A program made the translations under genes and the position numbers. Shown piece by piece: positions 1-12,399 of a stretch of 64,000 bases of DNA (position 1 is its first letter; each line of letters begins with the position of its first letter). The stretch spans positions 32,972,388 to 33,036,387 of the forward strand of contig NC_092670.1 of assembly GCF_964355755.1 (NCBI RefSeq), in the 5' to 3' direction. A model generated the notes under the pieces. That model worked only from the letters and a program-made list of their open reading frames with translations, was not told where the DNA came from and ran no database searches. The DNA comes from Antedon mediterranea. Lineage: Eukaryota; Animalia; Echinodermata.

Positions 1-18
1 AATTATTTTCAAACTCAC

Positions 19-85
19 CAGCATCACAAATGACGTAGTATGTACCAACCAAAATTAACAGTAAAATACGTTCTTTTGGTATCAT
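19..85 (-). CDS. First (signal-peptide) exon of a further adhesion-GPCR paralog that continues left of the window
   Basis: Minus strand reads MIPKERILLLILVGTYYVICDA+G followed by a gtgagt donor. It has the same VICDA end and phase-1 donor as the first exons of copies A and B. Confidence 0.75.
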
Positions 86-3000
86 TTTGAAACCAAAATA
101 CTAAAATCAGTGTAAATACAAGCAAAAATGTCACTGAACTTATTCCACTGATGGTAATTTTGATTTGCACTAAATAACTAATACGAGAATAAACTAACGA
201 AATGCCAATGATAAAATTAGACGTGTTATGACGTCTGACATTGTTATATCAAATGTACTATAAAATAATATTATTTGTATCATGTTTCAAAAGGTACTTC
301 ACATATTACTTCACATCGTTGTATTAATAAAACTATAATTAGCAGAAGAATACAACTGACACAGTATAATATATCGTTTACAGAATGAATGAAATGTATA
401 CACAATGCAATTACAATACATAGCTGTCAAATATCTTTTCAAACTCACAATCGAGCTATGACTAGACAATAATACAACAATGAGACAGAAAACCTTCTTT
501 CTTTTTATTTTTGGAGACATTTCTTCAAGTTTAGGCCTATTTGTAGTTCATATTACTAATATTAGCTTAAAGATGTATTGTCCCCAAAACATGAAATAAA
601 GATTCATTTAAGATAACTTTAAATAGGCCATTTCACAGTTTTAATAATGTTAATAACTTCCGTAAAAAGGAAAAAAATTGCTTTCAATTATGAAAATACA
701 CATTTTTTCCAGTTGATATGTCAGGCAAATATCTGTTTTCGATTCAAATTTAGATAGAGTGAATAGCTATTATGTGACATTAAAATGGCATATTCAACAA
801 CAACAGTTTAAACAAATATTATTTCTTTAGGGGGACAAATAATTTCTTTAAGATTTTCACTCATGAAAACTATTTAAGATTGTAACCGTATTGATTTCAA
901 CCCAGAAGAAATGTGCTTCAATGTTATTACTAATAAACAAATAAAAAAAAACACAAAAATTAACTTACATTCCTAATTTCATCATCATAATTAGTGATAC
1001 AATACATTGTCATTAAACTAATACACAGTAGATATGTAGGTTCTGCTTGTAAGAATTATGTTTCCAATATGCACAACAACATTATTCAATAAATACATTG
1101 ACCGAACAATTGATTGATATTTTAAAATTAGATTGAGCAAATCTCTTTCTGACACATATTATTCATACCATAACGTTTTTTCTTTAATATGTAGGTTTTA
1201 ACTAAATAAGTGTAGTGCTATTATATACATTTTAGTTTAATATTATGTAAATTATTTATAAAAAATGAATAAATACAATTTTACATTATAAGTGCATTTA
1301 TTTATACAAATATAATCTGATGTGTGACAAATGCAGAGTATGAAAAAAATATAATTCTAGAGCCACGAAATATCGAAAACGAAACTGAAATATCTTTTAG
1401 TATTGCATCAATGAACTACAATAACATGCGTATGTGAATATTATCATTTCAATCCACTTAAGCCTTGGTGACATAATGTTTGCATTAGCGTGAAGAAAAT
1501 AACTATAATTTCAAGTCATTTGCGTTGTCACAGTTGACGTAGTAATTCGGTTTTTCTTAAACCTCTTCTTAAAACATTCGTTTATCTACGAAACGATAAA
1601 ATACCAGTATTATTATAATTGAATTAAATAGCAATCGTACAATCATACAAATACATAATAAAGTCTAAAAGATATATTCTTCGTAAACTTTAATCGGAAC
1701 ATATAATGTGGTAATCTACTGTACAAAATAATTGTACGAGATGTGAGAAGGATGCCTGAGTAAAAACTGGTTTTGAGTTATCGTGTCTTTTGTTTTTACC
1801 AAAACTACATACTCCCAGAATATGAGCCTAAATATAATATAATTTGTCATGCGCCACCTGGTTTAGAATATTTTGGGACACTGGTTTTTGTTGTAATCTT
1901 ACTGTAGGCCTAATCAGCAATAACGGTAATAATACCTCGTTATCAAGTAGACCGTAGATGACGAATATAAATATGCCTTGGCATCCGTTCAACACGTTGA
2001 ATAGGTAATCAATAAATGTTGTATCAGAACTGACAGCGAATGGTCCAATGAGCCATGTGGTACCCATTAAAGGTAGAAGCATTGCAGTTCCTTTGGCTGC
2101 TTTCCTGTACATTTTAATAAGACTTGTAATTAATTGAAATTCTAACGTATATCTAACGAACAATATTCTATAAAGTTGATAATTTAAAAGACATTGTAAT
2201 TTCAAAATTATTTCTAACCTCAACTGTTTGAGTTTTGTTTTCTCTCCTGTTGATTTTCCTACCATGTTTCCAGATCTTTTGTAGATTGTCAAGACAACGT
2301 AGTTCAAAATAGCTGTATTAATCTGAAAAAAATAATACACTTGATTTTGAGTTTGAGGTTTGGATCTCATAATAACAGCAACATTAGTGTATAGGCCTAT
2401 TTGTTTTTGGTATTGACCACGAACTAATTACGCAGTAATGGTGCGGTGTTTGGTTTATTTCGCATGACCAAAGAAAACAGGTTAAAATCTTATTCGAAAG
2501 ACAGTATGATCTCAACAAATTATAGTTTGTCTCCAGTGATCTTTCTCCCTCGCCATTTATGCATACATACATTTAACTGTCATGTTAATTGGTCTTACCA
2601 AAGCAATACATGCTGCGGGTGCTACAAACGTCCATATCATTCCTGTTTCTGGACTGAGCCAACATCTAGAAAAACAATTTAAAAAAAACATAATTAAAAT
2701 AACACTACACTAAGAACTTCAGTGATGCATTGGTCATCACTACCTAATTACTGATATCTGTACCGTAATGTAAACATAAACCATTATATAAAGATACAAC
2801 TTACAGGTTATCGACATTAAACTTAGAAGCAAATGATCCAACAGAAATCGCAACGATCACGAAGGAAACTCCATAACAGAATATGAAATAATACCGAAGT
2901 AGGTAGAAGTTTGCGTTACTTGACATAGAAAGCTTAGACTGTAAGTATACTGCTTCTGCGCACATCCAAGTGAATGTATTAAGTGATGTGAAATGAAGAA

Positions 3001-4596
3001 GAATACTTATGCATTTACAAACAATCTGAAAAACGTTAATAAAATGAAACATGTTGGTTTAGTTTAAATTAGTTTAATATAAAAATAAGTTTTATTTAAA
3101 CAAGAAATTTTTCTTACAAGAAAGGCTGCTCGACTCATTGACAGTTTTAATTATTGTTTTTCCTTCATTACATTATGCTTTTATTGATATTTTATTTAAT
3201 AGATTAAGAAACACTGATTATTATCAATACTTTTTGTAAACATTTGAAATTCTCTATTTGGTTACGTCGTTAGTATTATCCATACTTGTTTGCTTAACAA
3301 TCAGTAAATATCTGAAATGCTCTATATTACGTCGTTAGTTCATGTAATATGCATGGGCCGTTCACGGGGGCTGAAGTGCCTATTATATTATTATCAGCCG
3401 ATTTTTTTATAGACTCTCTTCTTCCTTCTTCTGTGCTTTTATGTGTGCCTATACACAGTTCGATTTTACAAATTCCCATTTTTTTTGGGAATAAAAAGTA
3501 AAGTAATAATTTTGTATAATTTAAACGAATAAAGAAAAAAAAAACAAAAAAAAAACAACTTACCTCATTTTCTGTTTTGTCGATTCCAAATAAGAACAGA
3601 GATTGCATTATAATCATATTAATCACCAAGTTCTTATGAATTGAATTGCGCACAGATTTCCACAACTCTCTAAGAATTAAATGTCAAATTATTATGTTCG
3701 TTTACGAATATACTACGTTGTTAAAATATGCCTTACGCATTAAAAATATAATAAAATCGAAACTTACGAAAACGAGAAGTACATGATGAGTGTTATCACC
3801 AAAGCAATAACTGATAGTTATACACAGACTGTTGACATTAAGCTTAGAGTTTCACTGTTTTCAACAGAAACCTTTAGGGATAAATATTTTATAATTAATT
3901 ATGAAATTTTGATAAACTACAACATAATAAGATTATTAGATACAAAGATTAGATTAAAGTAAACTTGGCGTATATTTTTGTGTTGTAAGGTTTACTTTCT
4001 GCAAAATATAATCTATGCAATCGTATGGTGGTTAAACATTCGTGATACACACTTTTTGGGTTAAATATGATTTGGATGGAAGCACTAGCGAAACACGAAA
4101 AAAGTCGAAACAAATATTTTTCATTATTTTGCTAACTTACATTGTCTGTTGTAACTTTCATTAACACGCTAAAACTCGTTAGATGTTCAGAATAACACGA
4201 CACTTGATCCAGAGAATACGACGTGGTTACCATGCCAGCATCACTCCAAGTACTGTACAAGAACAATACCAGAAGGCAGCATTGTTGATTCACGATAACA
4301 AATATTTAGTAAAGATAAGAGTATAAACACTGAAGAATAGAACATGTTTATGAGTTCGATTCTAGAAAACGGAAATTATTTCAAGTAGAACACGAAGTAA
4401 GACAATGTCAGGTAACACAAAACTTTGTACGGAATTATACGAGGATATTCTCCATCTTGTGAAAAAGATCCTCTAACCGTAATGCATAGGCATTGCAAAA
4501 ACTTACCTTCGTGTTTCGTCCAAGAACACGCAAAACATCTCCCATTTATCCTTGTTAGTCACTGAGGAACTCTAGAAGAAGATTAATTAAACTACT

Positions 4597-4740
4597 CATT
4601 AAAGAACTTAGTACATCGTTTGAGAACAGTAGGGGATTACCCCGGTGTACTAGTACACATACAGCCATTGGTCATAACTGGGCCCTCTCTGGAAGACCAG
4701 TCTTTGACTGAAGAGGTTGCCCAGTATAAATATATATAAG
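4597..4740 (+). mobile_element. 5'-truncated SINE fragment resembling the Nin/Deu central domain
   Basis: cattaaagaac..tacatcgtttgagaacagtaggggattaccccggtgt resembles the AGTAGGGG..CCCCGGTG core of Nin/Deu-domain SINEs (recognised from memory, not by search). It ends in an AT-rich tail and has no counterpart in the homologous intron of copy B. Confidence 0.45.
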
Positions 4741-5565
4741 AAATTCAAAGTTGCTGTACTTACAATTCGCTTGGTCATGGTAAATTCTATTTTCGCTTCC
4801 AAGGGCATTTGGTCATAGAAATCGTAAACGCTACATGAAAATACCATTCCGTTGAAATATCTAAATGCAATGTTTGCTTTAAATCTGATGGCAAGAAATT
4901 CAGAAAAGTAAGATATAGGATTTGTTTTAAAGAGTAAAAAAAGAATTATTCTCATTTAGAAATCATTTTTTTAATCTACATATTTAATAAGACTTTATAT
5001 AAAGAAATAACTTACAAATTAGAAATATCAACACTTTCATTTACAGCTTCATTCTCGCCCATTGTGTTGTTACTGTAAGATGCTATAATTAGCATATCAC
5101 CTTGAAGAAAAATAAATTAAAATTACAAATAATAATTACCAAAATAAAATAGCGAATCTATATTCTTAGTCATAAAAAGAACATATAATACAAAATATAG
5201 AGAAAAGAAGCATGAATATGTTTTATCTTTTTCAGAAATTGGTCAAGAAGCCGTATGATTAATAATTATTACCAAAAAACAAGAAGAATGAATGTATGAA
5301 GTGTCATTTGTAAAATAAAGTAATAACAAATAACATATAGAAATAAATTGAATAGAGAAAAGAAAAATGAGTTTCGTCTGATTAGCAGCATCAAAGCATT
5401 TGGCTTTTTTCGGTTGTGTTATTGTGTCGTTATGTTACTTTAATTTAAATTCGAATTACTATGCTCTTCATAGTCCTTTCATATTAAACTATTGTAATTG
5501 AAAGAATGGCACGATCACCATATTTGGAAAAAATCTCAAATAGACTTAAATAGATAGCAAGTGAT

Positions 5566-7930
5566 GGGTCTAATCAAACCTGTATTTTCAGCTATAATTT
5601 TCAGATCAAAATCCAGCTGATTATCGTCCTGTTCCAGACTGCTATTAACGGATATCTTGCTCTCTCTCACTACTAATCCAACTACAAAAAAAACATAAAT
5701 ATATCATCATGTCTTTCTAACAACACTACAAGACACTTCCAAAACCTGATTGAATATTTATTTAGTTTTGATTTGAATATATACTTTTTAGGAAGCTCAA
5801 ATTGGAAGCTCAAATAAATAAGAACTTGCCATATGTTTCTTCCTCATAAACTGTCCGCTCCATTGCTTGTAAGTTCGATATTTCGGATAAAACTCCTTGT
5901 TCAAACTCGTGGAATTCAGTTATGAATAATTCCATTGTCTAAAAAAAGAATTAAGTATGTTACAACTTTACAACTAAAACTAAATCTACTAACGGAATTA
6001 TTCTTATTCTCTAACGATCATGCATAGATTGGAATTATTTGTTTAATTGTTACCTATTGTGTTCATAAATACGAACTATTTACGAAAAGTAGTCTAAATT
6101 TGTTAAAAGAGAAAGGAATAAAAATAAAATATCATTAAGTAAAAATAGTATGTTGTAAAAAAATAAACTGTAATCATCCTACCATTTCTGTTTCTGAAGA
6201 TTCCACATCGAAGCAAACAAAAAAACCCAATAATGATAAGCTTATTAAAATTAAAATAATTATATAAAACAGCATAGTTAGTTTATTAACACAGCTAAAA
6301 ATCTACCAGGCTGGGAGTAAACAAGGAAAATTCTAAAAACATAGGCTGAGAAAAGCATTTTTTCAGATTGAAATGTGGCTTACAACAGTTAGTAGAACTT
6401 TTGTGGGTTTATGCCTAAGTTTTTGGAATAGTTTTAAAGCTGTTAGATTTAGTAATAAATAACTTATTGTTAAGAATATGAGATTCATCGACGAATCATT
6501 GCATCATAACAGCTGTGATTTAAGACTTCCTTCTGTTTTTTTTGTAGACCATTACACTCAAGCAACACAAACATCTAATTAAAGATTAAATAACAAAATA
6601 TATTCGTTTAGTAACCATATTAAGGTTCATCTGCAAAAAAATTGCAAAGAAGCTGATTTCAACGGATTTGTGCAGGTATGGGTATACAGATATAACCAAA
6701 AAAAGTAAGGAAGAATAGGAGGTGGGGAAACATTTTTTGGGGGTGTTAAAGGTCATTGACCTCATTTTATAATCCTAAAATTGTATCTTCGCAACAAAAT
6801 ATGGTATATGGTTGAGCTTGGTGTCAAAATGCACAAACTTATGCCAGGAATTAAATAAAATTAAATTGGACCCATATGACCATATCTTGACCTTCAAAAA
6901 TCAGGTCAAAGGTCAACATACCCATTTTTTGGGTTTAACACATACTTATAATGCACTATCAAGTCAAATATTACATTATAAAGTGCATGTCAACTGATTT
7001 GTGTAGTTATGGGTATACAGATATACCAAAAAAAAGTAAGGAAGGAAAATTATTTTTTTTTGTGTGTTAAAGGTCATTGACCTTTAAAAATACTAAAAAT
7101 CTTCGCAACAAAGTATGATATAAGGTTGATCTTGATGTCTTGGTCTAATCAAACCTGTATTTTCAGCTTGAATCTTCAGATCAAAATTATCGTCATGTTC
7201 GAGACTGCTATTAACGGATATCTCGCTCTCTATCACTACTAATCCAACTACAAAAAAAACATAAATATATCATCATGTATTCTTCTAACTACACTACAAG
7301 AGACTTCCAAAACCTGATTGAATATTTATTTAGTTTTGAATATTCACTGCTAAAGACTCCAGTTTCAAACAGTGGTTTAATTTGACTATATACTTTTTAG
7401 GAAGCTTAAATTGGAAGCTCAAATACATAAGAACTTGCCATATGTTTCTTCCTCATAAACTTTCCGCTCCATTGATTGTATGTTCGATATTTCGGATAAA
7501 ACTTCTTGTTCAAACTCATGAAATTCAGTTACGAATAAGTCCATTGTCTAAAATTAAGTAAGCATGCTGTAAATACTAACTAACAAATCAACTTACTAAC
7601 TAAACTTTGAATGATCTACCAGGGAAGAATCCGATTGTAATTTAATTTAACTCTCCCCTGGATCTACAAACAGACTTATCCTTATTATATGAAGATCACG
7701 CATGCTTAGATTGGAATTAATTTGTTGTAATTGTTATTGATTATTGTGTTCCTAAACACAAACTATTTATTAAGTAACCTCAATTTGTTAAAAGAGAAAG
7801 GAATGACATAAAATAAAATAACATTAGGTAAAAATAGTATGTTGTAAAAAAATAAACTATAATCATCCTACCATTGCTGTTTGAAGAATCCACATCGAAG
7901 CAAAAAAATAATTATGATAAGCTTATTAAG
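5566..7930 (-). repeat. Intragenic tandem duplication of a three-exon block, introns included
   Basis: About 5566-6250 and about 7140-7930 align in both exons and introns (e.g. tggtctaatcaaacctgtattttcagct; aataaactgtaatcatcctaccatt). Confidence 0.9.
6620..7140. repeat. Repeat fragment with an internal ~340-bp tandem unit, located at the duplication junction
   Basis: tatgggtatacagatata..aaaaaaagtaaggaag..aaggtcattgacc..cttcgcaacaaa occurs at about 6677 and about 7008; rich in ggtca/tgacc. Confidence 0.55.
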
Positions 7931-8141
7931 TAGGTTATACGTTGGTATTTGTATCAAACAGAATAGCTACAGTTTACGGCCAATAAAAAAGGCAAATCTG
8001 AAAACATATGCTGGGGAAACATTTTAAAGAGCTTTTTTCTTGGGTAAAATAGGATCAGAAAGAGACGCAAGGTTAATTACAATCGTTGTTGATATTACCG
8101 TTGTCAACACACTTACTGAAGACAAGCTACTTTTATTATAA

Positions 8142-9497
8142 CTAGAGGGTGAGCCGATGGTTTTCGGAATGATAATGTTCTCCTTATACGTTTTCTGTCG
8201 GTTACCATTATTGAAAATGCTTGACATTCGTAAAACTAAACTACTTTGTTTCACAGTGTTTTAGATGATTAATAACATTTTAAAGTACAGTTTGTACTGT
8301 TTGGTAGGGCCCTTTGGGGAGGCGGAGGTCATTTGAGGGAGGTGCTTATTCGAGGGATATATGTTAAATTTTGTAGTTCTAATAATATGGTAACATTTAT
8401 AATCAAATGAAATCCTCTAATAGATATGAAAAGTGCTAAAAAAGAATAACAAATGCTTGGTAAATAGTAGATAACAGTGCGGTGAATTCTACTACAAATA
8501 GTACCGTATAATTGTGTTGTTATAAATATGTGGATGGACGTTTATTAGATAGTTGGGTTGGGGGGGGGGGGGGTTATTATTCAAAGTGATGTTTTATTGG
8601 AGAGGCGTTTATTCAAATGAATACCATCCTAATAATTATTAATACATTATTTAATTTAATCATCTTTTGAAACTAACTGCCGTGACAGAGTGGGCCCAAG
8701 AAAGAAGACATTATGGTACGGCTAGCAACATGGGCAGACATCTCGGTCCTAACGGGACACAGGAAGATAGCCTACAGTTATACCTGCAAGCTTACTCAAT
8801 AAAACTCAGCTATCGGGATTTCACTCGAAAAATGTCTTATCATCAAATCTCCCTATGTAATTTTATAATACTATTCCCCACAATATATTCTGATTCTTTA
8901 TGGCGTATATTTAATTTGATCTTTATTATTTGCAGTATAATTCCTATTATTTAACTACTGTACCTTCAAACACGCGCCGCGGTATGTTTTAAAATAAACA
9001 AAAAACTGAAATGGCTATGATTAATGGCCTATCAAAAAACTGAAATGCCTATGATTAATGGCCAAATATATCTGGTTTTTTTTTCGTCTTCCAAAGGGAC
9101 ACTGTATTGATTGATGGAAAGTGCCTGTTTCCAGTTACCTTTAGGGTCAAATCTATTATTTTAACTGCTCCCTTGTGTATAAAAGAGAGAAAATATTTGA
9201 AACCAGGTTGTTGCAAGGTGAACTTATCTTAAACCCGGAAATTACTTTGACCTGGAAGAATTGAAATTGAGATGAAAATCTAATGTTGAAATCATAAATT
9301 GTGTTAAAAAACTCGTTATAATATCTTCCTAAGATAGAAATATGGAACAATAGCGTCGCCGTGAACACTAATGTTATCAAATCTACATTTCGCGGTACAT
9401 CTCAGATAGATAAGGTAGGTATCCAAGGCGGAGATTTGTACCGAAGTTTTTGCATTGTGCTCGCCTATGTCAGAATTAACCATAATTTATATATAGA
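8142..9497 (-). mobile_element. Non-autonomous Helitron, family 2
   Basis: Minus strand begins A|TCTATATATAAATTATGGTTAATTCTGAC and ends CACCCTCTAG|T, with no TSD. Near-identical inverted copy at 44281-45602. Confidence 0.8.
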
Positions 9498-10461
9498 TAA
9501 CTGTTTTGCACCGAACTCCAGTCAATATTTATTTTACGGTCATGAAATGAAACAAACTTTTGTTAAGTCACTATTTGTGATACATTCTGGGATATAAGCA
9601 ACAAGGCCTCTTTATAAGACGTCTTGTGTAGGAGGCCTATTTAAAGAGACAACAACGGAGTACCAAGTAAGTGGTATGTGTTTTCCATTATTTTGTGGAT
9701 CTAAAACTTGAACTTACGTTCAACGTTTATTGTAAACGTACAACTGTTTGAATTGTTGGATGAGTCTGTAACTGTAAACGTATACACATGTACTCCTAAT
9801 CCAATATTAGATTGGAATGTTGAATTAGGAACTGGTGATACAACAAAGTCGTTTGAGTTGTCATTTGCAGTTATATCAGTGGAGTAGTCAACTGATGTGG
9901 AGACTGTGGTCGTTTGTATTGTAACATTTACAGGACATTCCACTGTAGGGGATTCCGTATCTGTAACAATAACAACATTATGGACATTTTAAAGTGAGCA
10001 TTGTCAAATGCAATTGTTAAACGGAAGTGGTTTTCGTAATAATGTACTATATTTCACAAACCTTCAACATTTAAGGTAAAATTGCAGCTCGCTCTATTGT
10101 TATAAGCATCTGTAACATTGAACACAAACAGGTGACTTCCAATCGCAAGAACAGAGGGAAATATTTCTATTGGATTTGGGGAGATTTCCAATGGTTGGTT
10201 AGAGTTGTCCGTTGCACTAATATCGGTTGAATAGTCAACGGTGGCCGTGGAACTATTGAAATCAGTGACTACTCTCAAATTGTCAGACGGACAGATAATA
10301 ATAAGCTTTTCGATATCTAAGAAATAGACGAATTGCTTGAGTTAGATACACGTTATCCATCATAATACAAGGCCAACTATGAATTGGAAAATAATGTCAT
10401 ATTTTTTAAACAGTAAACAAAATGTATCAAACTATCATATTCACACGAACACACTGTACTC

Positions 10462-10630
10462 ATTGGAAACAAGCCTCTGGGCTTAAAGGGCCATCCCCTG
10501 CTTTCCATGCTTATTTTCTTGTCTAGTCTTGTATTTTTATATTTAATGTTTCTCTTTTTATCTCATTTACATTATACTGTTTTATATATTTGTACTGTAT
10601 TTGGAAAGCAATAAATATTACTTACTTACT
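10462..10630 (+). mobile_element. 3' end remnant of a LINE or SINE
   Basis: tgctttcca...tggaaagca inverted pair, followed by AATAAA and a (TTAC)n tail. Confidence 0.4.
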
Positions 10631-11422
10631 CTAGTTCTAGAGCTTTATTCACATGTACTTTACATTGGTTATTGCGTGAGTGGCACAGTAAGGTTCGTTA
10701 GCTTGTATTACATGGAAGACTAATAGCATATGAATGCTCAGGTGTGTATTATTATTAGTACGCATACAATCCTCTAGTATTTTATCTTATTTTCGTATTT
10801 CGGTAGTGCGTGAGTGAGAAAATTAGATAAATTAGCTTCTATTATATTGAAGATTAATTAGCATATGAATGCTTAAGTGTGTAATATTTACGCATAAAGT
10901 CCTCTCTATTATTTTTTTTATATCTTTCTCTTATTTTTTTTCTCTTTTTCTTTTCGGTAGTGCGTGAGTGAGACAATGAGATACGTTATCGTCTATTATA
11001 TGGACTAATTAACATATGAATGCACATGTGTGTAAAAAGTATACCATCTTTACAAAGCAACAACACAAGAGAGTTGACTACAAATACTTGTTAAAGTTGT
11101 TTTTTTTTTCGTTTCTCCCAAGCAGCTCTTGAGTTTAATTAAAGGGAATTTAACAATTTAAAGCTTGAAAATATCTAGTGTAAATCTACACTATGTAACC
11201 AATCATTACTTACTTTTTTCACATATAACTACCACATTTGGATGTGAACACCGTTTATCACTCCAAGTACCACTGGGTTTATGCAGAACAACACAATCTC
11301 CGTTATTGTTATATTAGGTTCACCTTCTTTCCAATCTAAAGAAACGTAAGTAAACAAACCACAATGTAATCGGAACTGCTTTAGTGTTTAGTAAAACGAA
11401 GCACACATACCTAAACTTAAAA

Positions 11423-12177
11423 AAACAAGGCCAACAGCCATTAAGTCGCGTGCTACAATGCGTAGTGATACCGGACCGACAGACAAACAGACCGACAGAC
11501 AGACAGACCGACAGACAGACGGACCGACCGACATAGTGAACTATACTGACCGAAATTACTGAACATGTTTAAAAATGTTGAAATGTTTAAAAACATTTAT
11601 ATTTTTTTAATTTACACGTGCGTAGTCTGTCACTTTTGATGTGCTCGTATAACGTAATTTCGAGTTGAAAAGTAAGTCAAGAAAACAGAAATCGGGCAAA
11701 AAGAGTGCGTAATAACATTTAACGCGCAGTGCGCGCGCAAAAATCTGCGCACTCATGGCAATTTTGTAAACGCTTAAAATTGCCTGAAACGTACTCTTAT
11801 TTCATCGAAAATAAATTTTGAAGATTTTAGGCGCGCGTACGCATGCGTTACATGCGCTACGCACGTAATTGTATTGCCATATGATGATTTATGTCCTGAA
11901 ATTTATGAGTACCAAATTTTATTTAATTGTGATTCATGGTTGTTAAGATATGATTACAAACGTGATTTCGTTAAATCGTGCGTAGACCGCGTAATTTTTT
12001 ATTGCGCACCGTGAAAACATAACCACATCGATTCCTGGCCATAAGGAATATTCTGAGAAAAATTGATTTAGCTAGATTAAACTGATATCAAGATAAGGTC
12101 ATAAAGCGATAAAACGCATAGTGATACCGGACCGACAGACAGACAGACAGACCGACAGACAGACCGACAGACAGACC

Positions 12178-12208
<31 letters not shown>

Positions 12209-12256
12209 CGACCGACCGACATAGTGAACTATAGAGTCGATTCCACGCGACTAAAA
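11423..12256 (-). mobile_element. Helentron-associated non-autonomous element (HINE/DINE-1-like)
   Basis: Subterminal inverted repeats AGTCGCGTG/CACGCGACT, a palindromic 5' end, (GTCY)n microsatellites, a short 3' stem-loop and T-run flanks. Homologous to 24360-25072. Confidence 0.75.
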
Positions 12257-12399
12257 GGATTCGAAAATTTAAAAAAATAAATAAAACTGACATAATCAAA
12301 ATACATTTTGTGTCTTAGTTGTTATGATATCCGCCGTATTTGATCTTAAATATTATTAAATCACACAGTTCTGTGCAATAAACTGTCTTGTTATTTGTA

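Noticed and set aside
1828-2370. 180-aa ORF as a single coding unit
   Set aside because: It is two exons (2219-2322 and 1936-2104) joined through a stop-free intron; paralog B confirms the splice sites.
8555-8575. G-run as a functional G-quadruplex
   Set aside because: A simple homopolymer within a Helitron, with no supporting evidence.
9156-9597. ORFs repeated at 44396-44620, and a DKVGI string faintly like the Helitron helicase C-terminus
   Set aside because: The conservation is explained by recent repeat copies. The flanking KSQG and GQLYVA motifs are absent.
12099-12299. ORF with (SVCL)n repeats
   Set aside because: Translation of the (GTCT)n microsatellite inside a HINE, not a gene.
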